Source: Paragordius varius (Eukaryota; Animalia; Nematomorpha). From it: a stretch of 64,000 nucleotides of DNA. The notes under the pieces were generated by a model. It was not told where the DNA came from and made no database searches. It was given only the letters and a program-made list of their open reading frames with translations. A program made the position numbers and the translations under genes. The stretch spans positions 7,502,001 to 7,566,000 of the forward strand of contig OZ176053.1 in the NCBI GenBank assembly GCA_964247055.1, given 5' to 3'. Below are positions 1 through 11,776 of the stretch, in pieces. Position 1 is the stretch's first letter, and each line of letters opens with the position of its first letter.

Positions 1-112
1 ATAACTCTTTTAAAGTTTTATCGCCTCACCTATAAGAGCATTCGCAACAACAATAATTATATTTAACAATCATGTTAGGAGAATGTTCTTTAGATATTAT
101 ACAATTTTATAG

Positions 113-653
113 GCTGGTACAGTAAATCGTGGTTCCAACATTATATCTGGTGGTTTAGTTGTCAATGATTGGGCAGCATTTTGTGGTAATACGATGACCA
201 GTACAGAAATTTCAGTCATAGAAAGCATTTTTAAACTCAATTCTAATTTACATCGACACCACAATAATAATAGTAATGCAGATTCTAAAATGGATGCTCA
301 AGCTGATCGCATTAACCCTGCTAACCCTTTACAACAATCGAATAACAGTAAGATTTTCTGAAAATTATACTATTTTTAAGATTTAAAAATAAAATATGCA
401 ATATTTTTATTTATATAGAAGACCAGCATAAACCAATAAATATTATATATATTAAGGATGATGATAAACATACATAATAATTATTTTTTATTAGCTTTAA
501 GCCAAGAAAATTTGGATCCAAAGTTAAGAGATGCCTTGATTGAGAGGTATTACTGATATATTTATTGTAAACATTTATATTTTTGCATTATGCTAAATAT
601 ATAGTAATTATTTTATGCGCTTTGTTATACTTTTCATATTTAGCTTGACATAA
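113..653 (+). CDS. EIF6: Eukaryotic translation initiation factor 6, last three exons (113-347, 495-546, 644-653); 5' part lies upstream of the window
   Basis: Spliced translation [42 protein letters not shown]...LRDALIESLT* matches the eIF6 C-terminus as recalled (human [25 protein letters not shown]...MRDSLIDSLT). GT-AG introns 348-494 and 547-643 keep the frame. Confidence 0.95.
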
Positions 654-1131
654 TCTGAAACCATGCAATATTGGAAGATCTTGATTGAATAAATTATGAT
701 ATTTTAAATATTTTATCCTCATAATTTTAAATTTTACATAATTAATTACTTTAAAATTATTTTTGATATAATGTCATAATTTTCTTTTCAGTTTTTATTA
801 AATGTCGCATTAAAACATTTATAAATATTACAAAAATGTATTGAATATACCCTTAGTAATGTTATTTAAGTTAAGATTTGTATATGTTATTTTTGAATCG
901 ACATTCGCTTTAACACCTGAAACCCACCACCTTTTTTTAAAACGTTTATTTGCTTTTTTCCAGATTTTCTGGTTGCTGGATAGTAATGGTATACACGGCT
1001 TAAATAACGTACTTTATAATTTATTTCAGTTTTTATCGCTAATTCTTTTCACGCTATTTGCTTGTTCTTTTTATTTCAATACATTCTTACAAAACATAAG
1101 GAGGCATTCAAATCCCACACACCATACTAAT

Positions 1132-1329
1132 CATGTCATTCGTTTGGCCACTTAAAATATAACACCTTTAACCAGAAGGAGCCAGGAAATAGCAGCTTTG
1201 CTGTTCTCCAAGAACATCGAAATATGTTGCATCCAATAAACTTGCTGGAAGAACTCTGGTTTCAAAAGCATTCTGGATTATAAATTATTCTGGTTTGGAT
1301 CTAATGGCCCTTCATCAGGTGTTGCAATT
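1132..1329 (+). mobile_element. Degenerate APE-type endonuclease fragment of a non-LTR retrotransposon (RTE-like LINE)
   Basis: Reads HVIRLAT*NITPLTRRSQEIAALLFSKNIEICCIQ*TCWKNSGFKSILDYKLFWFGSNGPSSGVAI, matching the RTE endonuclease pattern RLATWNV..L...ICCVQET.W...YKLF..G...GV(G/A)I. Stops replace the conserved W and E. Confidence 0.75.
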
Positions 1330-1994
1330 CAAAAATTCCATCAATCTAAAAAAAGATTTTTTTGTGGCATAGGTATAGATCCACTAAAAACCGAAGTTTT
1401 GCGAGACACCCAACTTTTATTATAATAGGCATTTTCGAGTTACCGTTAAACTTCATTAGGGTAATAATCCTCTTTAGATTGCATTTAAATGGAAGTCATA
1501 TATATTCCTAAAATAGAAATTAAAAAATGTATTAGATGGCTTTGGTGTGTTCTTGTCGTGTTTAAAAGGCAGTCTATCTTGACCCCAAAATAAATATTTG
1601 AATAAGTTTGTTTAGACCTATATTATACATTTCACATCATCTGGAAAACAAACGCATATATTTATGGAAACAATTATAACTTTTCTCATTTGTCGAGTAT
1701 GAGATTGGAAAAATGTATATAAAAGGCCGCCTCATGTTACCCTAGTCATCTCATTAATAACTCTAATCAAACGCAAAATTTAATAATCAAGATTTGGAAA
1801 TTTATTGAGGTTCCAGCACCGATCTTCTCATTATCGTTTGCGCTATTGGTGCGATAAACAATACTACTTTAATATTTAAATTTTCTGCAATGAAATATTG
1901 AAAGAATTGGTACAAATAAAGATAATCCAATTTTTTAAACATAATACCAATAACTATTTTTTATGTGTTTTTCATTCATCTATATAAATTTTAT

Positions 1995-2172
1995 ATACCA
2001 TTTTTAGTCAAAAGCAACATTTTTTGAACCAAACGTAACATTTTTCAAAACTCAAAACAATTTTAATTTTACAAGCAAATGCAATTTAATTCCGTTTGTA
2101 TGGAAAATGCGTGTGCATTAAAAAATGTTGCGTTTGGTTGAAAAGTGTTGCTTTTGATTGATAAACGGTAAA
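1995..2172. repeat. Small inverted-repeat element (MITE-like) built from AAAAATGTTGCGTTTG-type units
   Basis: GTCAAAAGCAACATTTTTTGAACCAAACGTAACATTTTT (~2007-2045) is the imperfect reverse complement of ~2118-2160. Confidence 0.5.
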
Positions 2173-2710
2173 GCTATTGTACAAAAAGTATTCTGATCAA
2201 TTTCAAGCACTCTGATAAATTTATTTAATATAGTTTAATGCTATGGCCCAGCCTTCTTTAGGCTTATTTTTTGGAGTGTGGTATAAAGAATCAATTCAAA
2301 AGAGCAATTCAAGTGCGATCAGCTTATTGAAAGCATTGATAGTCACTGTTAAATTTAAATGTGAAATATATTTCCCTAATTTTTTATAATACGGGTTTTA
2401 TCAATAGTGGCGGAAATAAGGTACCTCGTTAAAGAAATATCCTTAAAGTAAAAATATTTTATTTTCTACGTCTTCGCAACTTTTTAATTTTTTGCGATTG
2501 ACGATTGCTGAAACCTTATTTCGATCGATGCTTTTTAAGGGGTTGGACCCAAATGATTCAAAAAAGTTACTCTACAGGGATATAAGAATTTTAAGTAGTA
2601 AATTAAGAATATCATGAAACTTTTCGGATATCGCTTCAGAGTAACCATTTTTATGGGCGTATTTACATAAGATAAGGCTCTACCCCAAGGGCTTTAGAAA
2701 AGCGCTAGAC

Positions 2711-3192
2711 CAGCGATACTCAAACCGCGGCGGAAAAAATTTCTTTTTAAGACTCTGAATTATTTATTGAATTTATTGATGTACTTAATTGGGGTGTATA
2801 TACTGCAAATATATCAAACACCTACAAATATATTTATTGGTGTTTTGGCCCTTGAGATTAAAAATATTTTTTTGGCCCTTTTAAATTTTGTGGTGAATAC
2901 CATTGGTTTAAAGTTTCTTTTTTATTTTGTTATTAAAGTGCATAGATTGGAATTACTGCCAAGAGCTGATGGAAAAATTGCGTATTTTCGGGATGTGAAA
3001 TCTGCCATTTCATCCGGCCTGACTACTATACGGGTAAGATTCGTTCTGCGGCCAAAGAGCTCATTTATGACCCTGATATACTGATTTTGAATATGAATAT
3101 CTGCAAATTCAAAAAGCATTAAAATTTTTATCGGTTTTGTAGCTTTTGAAACAAGAAAATTTGGCCCTTTAAAATTTGCTGGTGAGTAATTG
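2711..3192. mobile_element. Non-autonomous hAT (Charlie-like) MITE, 482 bp
   Basis: Left end CAGCGATACTCAAACCGCGGC, degenerate right end GGTGAGTAATTG, identical 8-bp flanks CGCTAGAC (2703-2710 and 3193-3200), internal TTTGGCCCTT repeats. Confidence 0.7.
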
Positions 3193-4019
3193 CGCTAGAC
3201 TATAACCTAAATTTTTATAAACAAAGAACTTGTGTGCGTTTTATAAAAAAAGGCTAAATACGAATTAACCTGAACACAGGTTTTAATTTAATAAAATGGG
3301 TCGACTATAATTGATTTAAATAAAAAATATTCATTATTGTTATGGGTTTATACCTTTCCCGCAAAATTAATTCAAATAACATTTATTTATTAAAGAACCA
3401 AATTAAAAATTCTATAAATAAATGATGGGTTTTCTAGCTTTTTAAAATAAGGACAATAACGTTTTCCAGATACATTTTGCAAGTTGATTAAAAGAGTAAT
3501 CGATTGCAAATTGAGCATTCCATTTTCCAAAATACTAACTTTCTATGTTCCCTACCTTAAAAAGACCAAAGCCGAGATTCTTGCGCATCAATTTTAATGA
3601 TAAATTTATAGTAGTTAACGTTATCAAATACAGCAATAACATAACCAAAAAAAATCAATTCTAATATTAATCAACGATGGTTTTAAAACATTTTTTAATG
3701 AAAAAGTAATTAGACCTTTATATAAAATAATATATGAATTATTTTAGAAAAGTGCAGTATATTATTCATACGCGTGCAAAGCAGCTTAATTAAAAAAAAT
3801 ATCTATAACAAAAGTTGCTTGTATGAACAATATCAGATATACTGATTATGTAGTAACTTTTAATCAGAATTGGTCAAATTTTTGGCTCACTATTTTATCA
3901 TAATCATACATCTAAGCAACTCAAAATAAACAATCATACATAAATTCCTGGTTTTCATAACAAAGGTTCATTTATTTTGACAACCATTAACTTTAAAATA
4001 ACCAATCATTTAAAAAATT

Positions 4020-7000
4020 TCAATTCAAAAGAAGAGATAACTGAGATTTTAAAAAGGATATTTCACCATTTTTTAAACATAATTGCCAGCGGTATTCATC
4101 GATTTCTTTTAAATAATGGAGTATGCGCTGTTGAATATCCGTAATCCCAGATTCCGCTAAATTTATGGCATTATCGATATTAACGTCAATACCCATATTT
4201 TTGCCCACCATTTCCTGTGCACTCATTAGATTGGACAAATTTTCAACAAGTGCTAAATTATTAGATGAACCATCGGTATTTTGTGTGAGTAATTGGATAA
4301 ATGTTAAAAATGTTTCCTTCATACCATTACAACGTGTTGTTTTGCAAAGATATTGCATCAAAGATATTAAAGTTTTTTCATATAATGCACACTCCTTGTC
4401 ATATCTGGATTTGATGCGATTCTCCTTTTCCTGGTAAACCTTCACGATAGCTGACTCATTCTGATCCATGGTGGATCTCAATGCTTGTAAATTTGTTTCT
4501 AGATCCTGAATTTTATCATTAGCTATGGAGAGGAGTTTCGAAAAAGCTGCAAATGCACTAATATCTGAGGAAGTATTTTTCGCTGTAAAACAAGTTTTGT
4601 AAGGTGGGGAGTTTACATTCTCCGACGTGTTAATTGAACATGTTTCCATAGTAATAGGGATTTTTGGCTGTATTTCTGCTTGAAACTGTTGTTGATATTT
4701 TGAATACCCGTTAATTTTTGAAGATCCACATTCTTTGCAGATGTTACATGGATTAGCTGGTTTACACGTTAACTCGCCCGAAGGATTCATTACTGAAGGA
4801 TTGTATGGAATAGGAATGGGTTGAGAAACTCCGAAAATCTGATAGCCATAGCCACTGTCACTCTTTTGGGATGATCCGCTTGGAGGTGTTTGTGGTTGAG
4901 TTTCTGTGGATGATTCTGTCTTTTTTACATCTAATTTCTGACATTTATTTTCATCTTTTTTAATATCCTTTTTATTATTTTTAGAATTATTTTTGTAACA
5001 TTTTCTTTTATCATTTTTAATGTTTTTAGAATCCTCGTTATTAATGCAATTGTCTTGTTTTGATTGCAATGCCTTCAGCATTAATTTCTGTAAACTGTTT
5101 TTACTATCTTCCGATGTTTCTTCGGGTTCACATGTTATAGTGCGATATTTAATTTTCGTCGGCGATGGTTGAAATATTTTATAATTTTCTGGTTCACTCT
5201 TCTCTTTATCAATATTATTCATGTCTGATATACCTTTTTGATACTTATTTGAAGTTTGTATTGTATTTGCTTCCTTTTTGCAACGGTTACTATTTCTAGA
5301 ATTAGGCATTACATCCTTTCGTAGGACGAAAGATGATCTCGGTTTTATTTGATGTAAATCATGCGTGGAATTTTGTTGAAAATCGTACATTATGCCTGTT
5401 TGATGTAGTAAATTGTCACACGATTTATGCGCTTGTATAAATTTATATTTTTCAGACAAGCCAACATTGAGGTTGTAAGATTCAACACCTACTTGTTTTT
5501 GTTTATAGTTGCCGATTTCAATATTGTCGTTAGCATTAGAAATTTCATTATCTATGAAAACATGTGCATTTCGATTATTATTATTATTTTTATTGTCTAT
5601 GTTTTTAGTGTTTTTGCTTGTTTGAGACCTTATTTTTTGACGCATTTGTGCTGTGATAGGCACGTTATTAGAATGAGGAGAAAAGGAGGCTAAATGTTTT
5701 CGAAATATATTTTTTGGTTGTGAAGAGGGTAATTTTGGGGAAGTTGTGTTTTTCCCCGACATAGTCGAACAAGCCATATCTAAATTTTTTGTATCGAAAA
5801 ATGGGGTATAAACCACATTCGGTGTCTTGTTGGCAAGCTCGTTTTCAAATATCTTTGTCATATTTTGATTTCGTGGATTCCGTACATTAGACTCCTATTT
5901 TATACATATTATTATAAAATATTTATTTATTAAATGTGAGTTAAGCTTTTTTTTATCTTTTAATCTTCTTTATTATCAATAAATTTTAACATTATTTTAA
6001 GGAATCAATTGCAGTATATACATATATGGACGCCAATGAGTAGCTTATGATTGGAACAAATTTTCTCCATAATTAAATAAAGAAATTAAATATGGGATAA
6101 GAAAAAATTGTTTAATTTAAACCGTTTGTTGTTTTTTATCCATACGCTACTGTATTGCCAATTGGCCCATATATATGTGTGCTTACTGTATAAGTATTAT
6201 CTGGTCAAAGAAAGGGTTGATTCAGAATTTTTTTTATATTTTTAGTTGATCAAGTTGAAATTTTTTTATATATTCATTCAGCTTGCAATTAAACAATTAC
6301 GATTAAAAATATAAATACATAACTGACACCAAAAATTTATAATATATAATTTAATACCATTTTTTGATAATTTATGGAGAGGTGATTTAATAATTTAGAG
6401 TAAACATATATGATTAAATTCAATATCAGATTTTCAACGGACGTTTAATTAAATCTATATGCTATGGTTTGTAATTATACGTGTGAAAATTAATAAAAAG
6501 GCCACCACCAGATAAAAAGTATCACATTTCGTGATGTAATTTTATAAAAATTAATTTAATTAATATCAGTATTATATTGTGTTATTATATGAGGTGTCAT
6601 TTATGACCAGATATATGACACTGGTAGTTATTGAGAGCAAATATTAACTCTAATATTTTTATACGTATTATAAGGTAATATTTCCGGGAATATGAGATAT
6701 TCTAATAAACATGGACAAAATATCATAGGAGACTTCTTCTCTCCATATTACATGAATTTTGAAAATTATTATATATCAGAAAATAAATTGCATGCTAATT
6801 ATGGAATTATTTACAAGTTAATAACATAATTTGTATGATTTTTCCATTTATATATATATATAGTATAGATATATAGATAGGTTGTAATTTTCTGAATATC
6901 ATTGATAAATTACAGAAAATTTGAAAGAGATGGGATTTTAATTTTATAATACCAATATTTCTTGAAAAATTGTTTTATAATTAGTGCGTAAAAAATTGTT

Positions 7001-8103
7001 ACTTTGAAAATATATATGTAGTTAAAAAATTTATCGGTTTATAAAATTATAACTATAAGGTGTTAGAATATGAATTAAGATGGATTTACCGGCTTTCTTT
7101 GGTCTGGAATTATAGGCAAATCTTCATTGATTAATGCTTCCCGAGGTGTGGCTTGATTTTTACCAAATAAATTTTTTATTGGTGACATATGCTCTATAAT
7201 TTGTGTTTTAGCGCGATTCACAATGTCGAAATATCGTTTGACCCCGTTTTGAGAAGGGGTAAAAGAATCATTTCTAAACTCTTCCTTGACATTCTCAATT
7301 ATGTCGGGCAATGATGGTATCATGTTTTTAGTAGCAAAAAGTGTATTGTTTTCCAATAAGTTTTGGCTATTATTATTAATATTAAACATTTCTTGATTTC
7401 GAGTAAGGGTTGAACATAAAATACCCAATTCTTGGCCATATAGTTTTTCAGCCATAAGATTTGGATTATTTGGAAAACGCATCCCATCCATATGAGAAAC
7501 CGTTAGTGGAACTGATATGCTAGGTGGATTTTGTGAATTTTTCATATTTTTTACAGATGGTCCTGTTTCATTTGCAAGATTTGCTGCAGTAGTACATTTG
7601 TTACTGTTGTTAATGCGCATCATATCATTATTTTTATTTTTACTAGTTTTATTTGTTGTTTTGGTACTTTTTGATTTTGGTGGTTTACGGTTACTACTTC
7701 TCCACAATAACTCTTCCATGCATTTTGCAAACGTTTTTTTATGTGGATTCGTTGCTAATAGTACCGTGTTATTAGCTTCCAAATTTTTGTTCATATTCGA
7801 ATCCAATCTTATTACTTGATTCTTAAAATTGACAATATTATCTTCATTTATGTGATTTGATTTTAACATATTATCATATTCTTTGGGTGATTTTGGAGCA
7901 TTTTCTGAAATATCACCATTAGTGTTGTGAATTTGTCCACGATAACTGTCAAAGGGATGTAGCCTACTCTCTTCTTGCGTTCCTAAATGATTTCCAAATA
8001 GTAAAGGGGGTTCTTCATAAAGAGGTGTTGGACATTTTCTAGGTAGTATATCGCTTATCCTTGTTGAATCATAGTACGAGGCTAAAACATTGGTAGAGTT
8101 CAT
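4020..8103 (-). CDS. LZTS/N4BP3 (Fez1-domain)-like coiled-coil protein, predicted ~960 aa, two exons (8103-7090, 5894-4020)
   Basis: The 350-aa and 613-aa ORFs join in frame via donor CCG|GTAAAT (7089) and acceptor AAAATAG|GAG (5895). C-terminal EIDEYRWQLCLKNGEISFLKSQL resembles the LZTS motif [22 protein letters not shown], preceded by the coiled coil DLETNLQALRSTMDQNESAIVKVYQEKE. Family call is from recalled motif similarity only. Confidence 0.6.
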
Positions 8104-9952
8104 GACGAAATTTAAATGTAAAACCAACTTAAGAGCAAAAATATTTCACGAATAAAAAAAGACAGTAAAAATTATTTGTCCAATTATATTTGATTGCAGA
8201 GAGATGTCTGTGAGTTCCCAAAGAATAATAATACGTTTTTTGCAGAAAAAATTAAATAAAATTAAGTTTCCTTTTTGTGTTTTTTTTACATAGTAGTACC
8301 TCAAGGCTATAAAAAAAGGTAAAAATTAAATTTTTAAAACTATATTATTAAATATTTTTTAATGTCATTATATTAAATATAAAATAATAGGTAATAATGA
8401 TAAAAAAATAACTTATGATAGATAATATCCCTTGATGAATATTTTAATTTATCAATATTAACCATTTATATTTCACATGCATATTTAATAATTTTACATT
8501 AGCAAGCATTTTATAGTGTTTGTGTGTGCTTTGATGGAAAAATTATGCATATTAGAATTATTTATGTAGAGATAATAATTTGAAATAAATTACTTTTAGG
8601 TTTATTCCTCCCTCAATTTATTATATCCTTTATGGTATGCAAATTTTTTTTCGCAAAAAAAGACCTACAGAATTAATATTTTTATTATTGATATGAAATA
8701 ATTTGTTCCGCATCAATGAATATGCACAATCATGTAACTAATTATATAGTTTTTCCATAATATAATGGTTTTTGTGTCGTTTTTGCATTGGATTTGATAA
8801 TATGATTATAATATTTTTAACTTTTATAGATATGATTATGTTTGCTTGACAATGATCACAACATATTAATTGCCTTATCTTTCCTGAGATAAAATATGTC
8901 ATATTGTCGGCATCAAAATTTAATCAATTAAATTTGATTTAAATAAAGCGCCCAAACCAAAAAAGTCTACATATTTTTCCTATCAATTTTGAGCATTATT
9001 TAAATAAAATTACTCAGTATTTTTATATATAAATATATATTTGGTAATAATCTCATTGGGCATTGCTTTTTAAATGAAGAATCCTACTTAGAGGCGTCTC
9101 AGATTTGTATTTAAAACTTCACGCGCGCTAGTATATCCCAGAGATTTAAAATTTAAACTTAAAAAGTATTCAAGGTATTGGGTTTATTAGAAATTGGCTT
9201 TCTTTAGCCTTTTAGGCGCATAATACGATTTTTTTTAAAAAAAATGCAAAAATGTCAAAAAATTCTTACTTCAAACTTTTTCCCCGCCATTTTTATCTCT
9301 CTAAATTTTTTGAATCACTAATATAATAGGTAAATTAATGTATATTATGGGTAAAATATGTAAATAAATCGCATTTTACTAGCAAAAACTTTCGTGTTTT
9401 GTAGCTGTCCCGATTTCAGACACTAAAAGTTAAAAAACTGTAAAATATAAGCCTTTTTATCTAACAGAGGAGAACAATGTTAGATAATTAAATTTTAAAA
9501 TAACTTTCAAAACATTAATTTATTTACAGGATTGTTCTCTTTATAAAACTACCTCACTATGTGTGGGCAAAAAAGTGAAAAGATCATGAAGTGTTAAGGA
9601 TGTATGCAACATTTAACTAGTTTGAAAATTAAAATATTTTTACTTAATTAATTTTCGTTATTTAACACAAAACATAAGTCAAATCAATTGGGTAATCGAT
9701 GTATCAGCTCCTTAAAATAGCAATTTGTGTGTACTGATTGATTACAGCTAACAAGCATGAAACTACACTAATATTAACTTTTTATGCCAAATAATGAAAT
9801 TATATTCGAATCCCATATTGATTAAACATTACACACTATCAGTCTCAAATGTTATTATTTAAAATAATCTTTAAAGTCAAAATTATGATTATTTTATTAT
9901 TTATAATTCTAAAAAATGAACCCTAATAAACGCTCATGCTTTTTATAAAGTA

Positions 9953-11530
9953 TTGGCTGGCCCTGTCACGCTGCGCTGTGACGTAGTCTCACCGATAATT
10001 ATTCTTAGTAATTTGCAATAAATAGAGGTAAGGAAGATAAAAAATAATTAAAAACATATTTAAAAAGAATGACTTTATTTATTCTTTTACCGGTTTTTGC
10101 TTAGTCTCAAATATTGTTCACTCGAAATTGATTATAAACTGTCCCTTATTAAAGTTAATATTCAACTATCATTGGAATTATTTTAAGATTTTCATTTTAC
10201 GAAATCATGGTTAAAAGTTTTATTTTGAAATTGTGTCCCTAGATCAAGGAATATAAAAAGTAAATCATTTGTCGTCCCTTTTTAAAGGAAGGAATGATAT
10301 TATACAAATTCCCCGAAATGTGTTTAACTGAACTCGTATGGCTTCTTAAGTTTTTGGAAATTTGCTCCAAAACCACGCCATTTTTGTATGGCGTCTCTGT
10401 TTTAATCCGGTAGACCCCTACCCATAGACCTATATGGAAAAAGCGTTGAGATAAAATCTTTTATAGGGCAAATATTTTGAATCCTCATGATACCAACGTC
10501 TCATAGTTTATTCAAAAAAACCTCAACATTAAAAATCGTTATATGATGGCGTATTTTTAGGGCATAAAGGCCCCAAATTAACGGCTAAAAAAACGCCTAC
10601 CTAGTTACGGGTAATATTTCAGGCCTTTATTATACTTATGTGGCCTGATAAGTTTTCTGAAAATTAACTCCTAAACAACGCAATTTCGATATGGTGGCCA
10701 GTTTTAGGCGGGTAGCTCCCTAGAGGCCGATAAAAAAAATGCTTGATTAAAATTTTTGCCTTTTTACGGAGACATGGAATCATGATTGATTCATATGCTC
10801 TCATTAGAGTTTGGAAAAATTGCCCAAAACTAAAAAATCATTCTATGGTGGCCCATTTTTCAGGACGTGAAGGGCCTTATTAACGGCTAATATAAAAAAA
10901 CCGTAAGCGACCTAAATTTTTGCCTTGTTACGAATAATATTTTAATAACCTATTGAACTCATATGCCCTGAGAGGTTTTCTGAAATTTAGTCCCAAAGGC
11001 ACGCTATTTAGATATAATGGGGTGGTTTTTAACGGGTATCTCCCTACCCAGCAGTCAATATAAAAAAACGCACGACTATAATTTTTACCTTTTAACAGGG
11101 ATCTGAAATCCTCGTTGAATCTTACGGTCTCATACCTTGGGAGAAAAATAGATTCAAAAAATTATTTTTGTAAACTTTGTTATTTTGAAAAAAATGGCAT
11201 TTTCGGGGGGAGCGGGTAAAAAGAGGCCGTAAATTAAAAAAGCGAGCCGACTATGTTCGGCGCAATTGAAAAATAAAATTATATTTGAAATCGAATGGTC
11301 TAACACGTTTTCCGGAAAATTGTCTCAAAGACATGATTTTTCTAAACTTCTGTTTTCAAAAAAACCCGTTTTTTAGTGGGTCCGAACTGGGGGCCTAATA
11401 CAAAAAAAGACGGAGCTATTGTCGGGGCATTAATGATTATATTTTTTCGACATTTAATTTTGAATGGACCTACCGGTTTTCCGAAAACAGATCACAAAGC
11501 CAGCATTTTCCATTTTTATAAATATATAGA
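9953..11530 (-). mobile_element. Non-autonomous Helitron-like element, copy A (~1.58 kb)
   Basis: Reverse complement of 48813-51239 once the nested insertion there is removed. 5' end A|TCTATATATTTATAAAAATGGAAAATG; 3' end has a GTCAC-AGCGCAGC-GTGAC hairpin then GGGCCAGCCAA|T (degenerate CTRR). No TIRs or TSD. Two internal ~320-bp subrepeats. Confidence 0.7.
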
Positions 11531-11776
11531 TTGTATTATTTAATAAAAAAACATTTCACAATAATAATTCTTTTGTTTCATTACGTAAATCATGAGAATC
11601 TTTATTAATTTCTTTAAATATAATTTGTGTGAATAAGTTATTATTAGAATTATCTATCTAGCCTATTTTAAACTAATATATATTCTATGTTGGTATTTAT
11701 GAATTAATTACTTATTTAATGTTAAATTATAATTAATATTGTTAAATATAAAAATATATTAGATTGTATTCCGTTC

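Noticed and set aside
841-1155. 104-aa ORF (TTG start)
   Set aside because: AT-rich hydrophobic composition with no family features; only its last codons coincide with the RTE endonuclease remnant.
4165-7819. Plus-strand ORFs 4165-4437, 5427-5693 and 7517-7819
   Set aside because: Antisense shadows of the long minus-strand exons.
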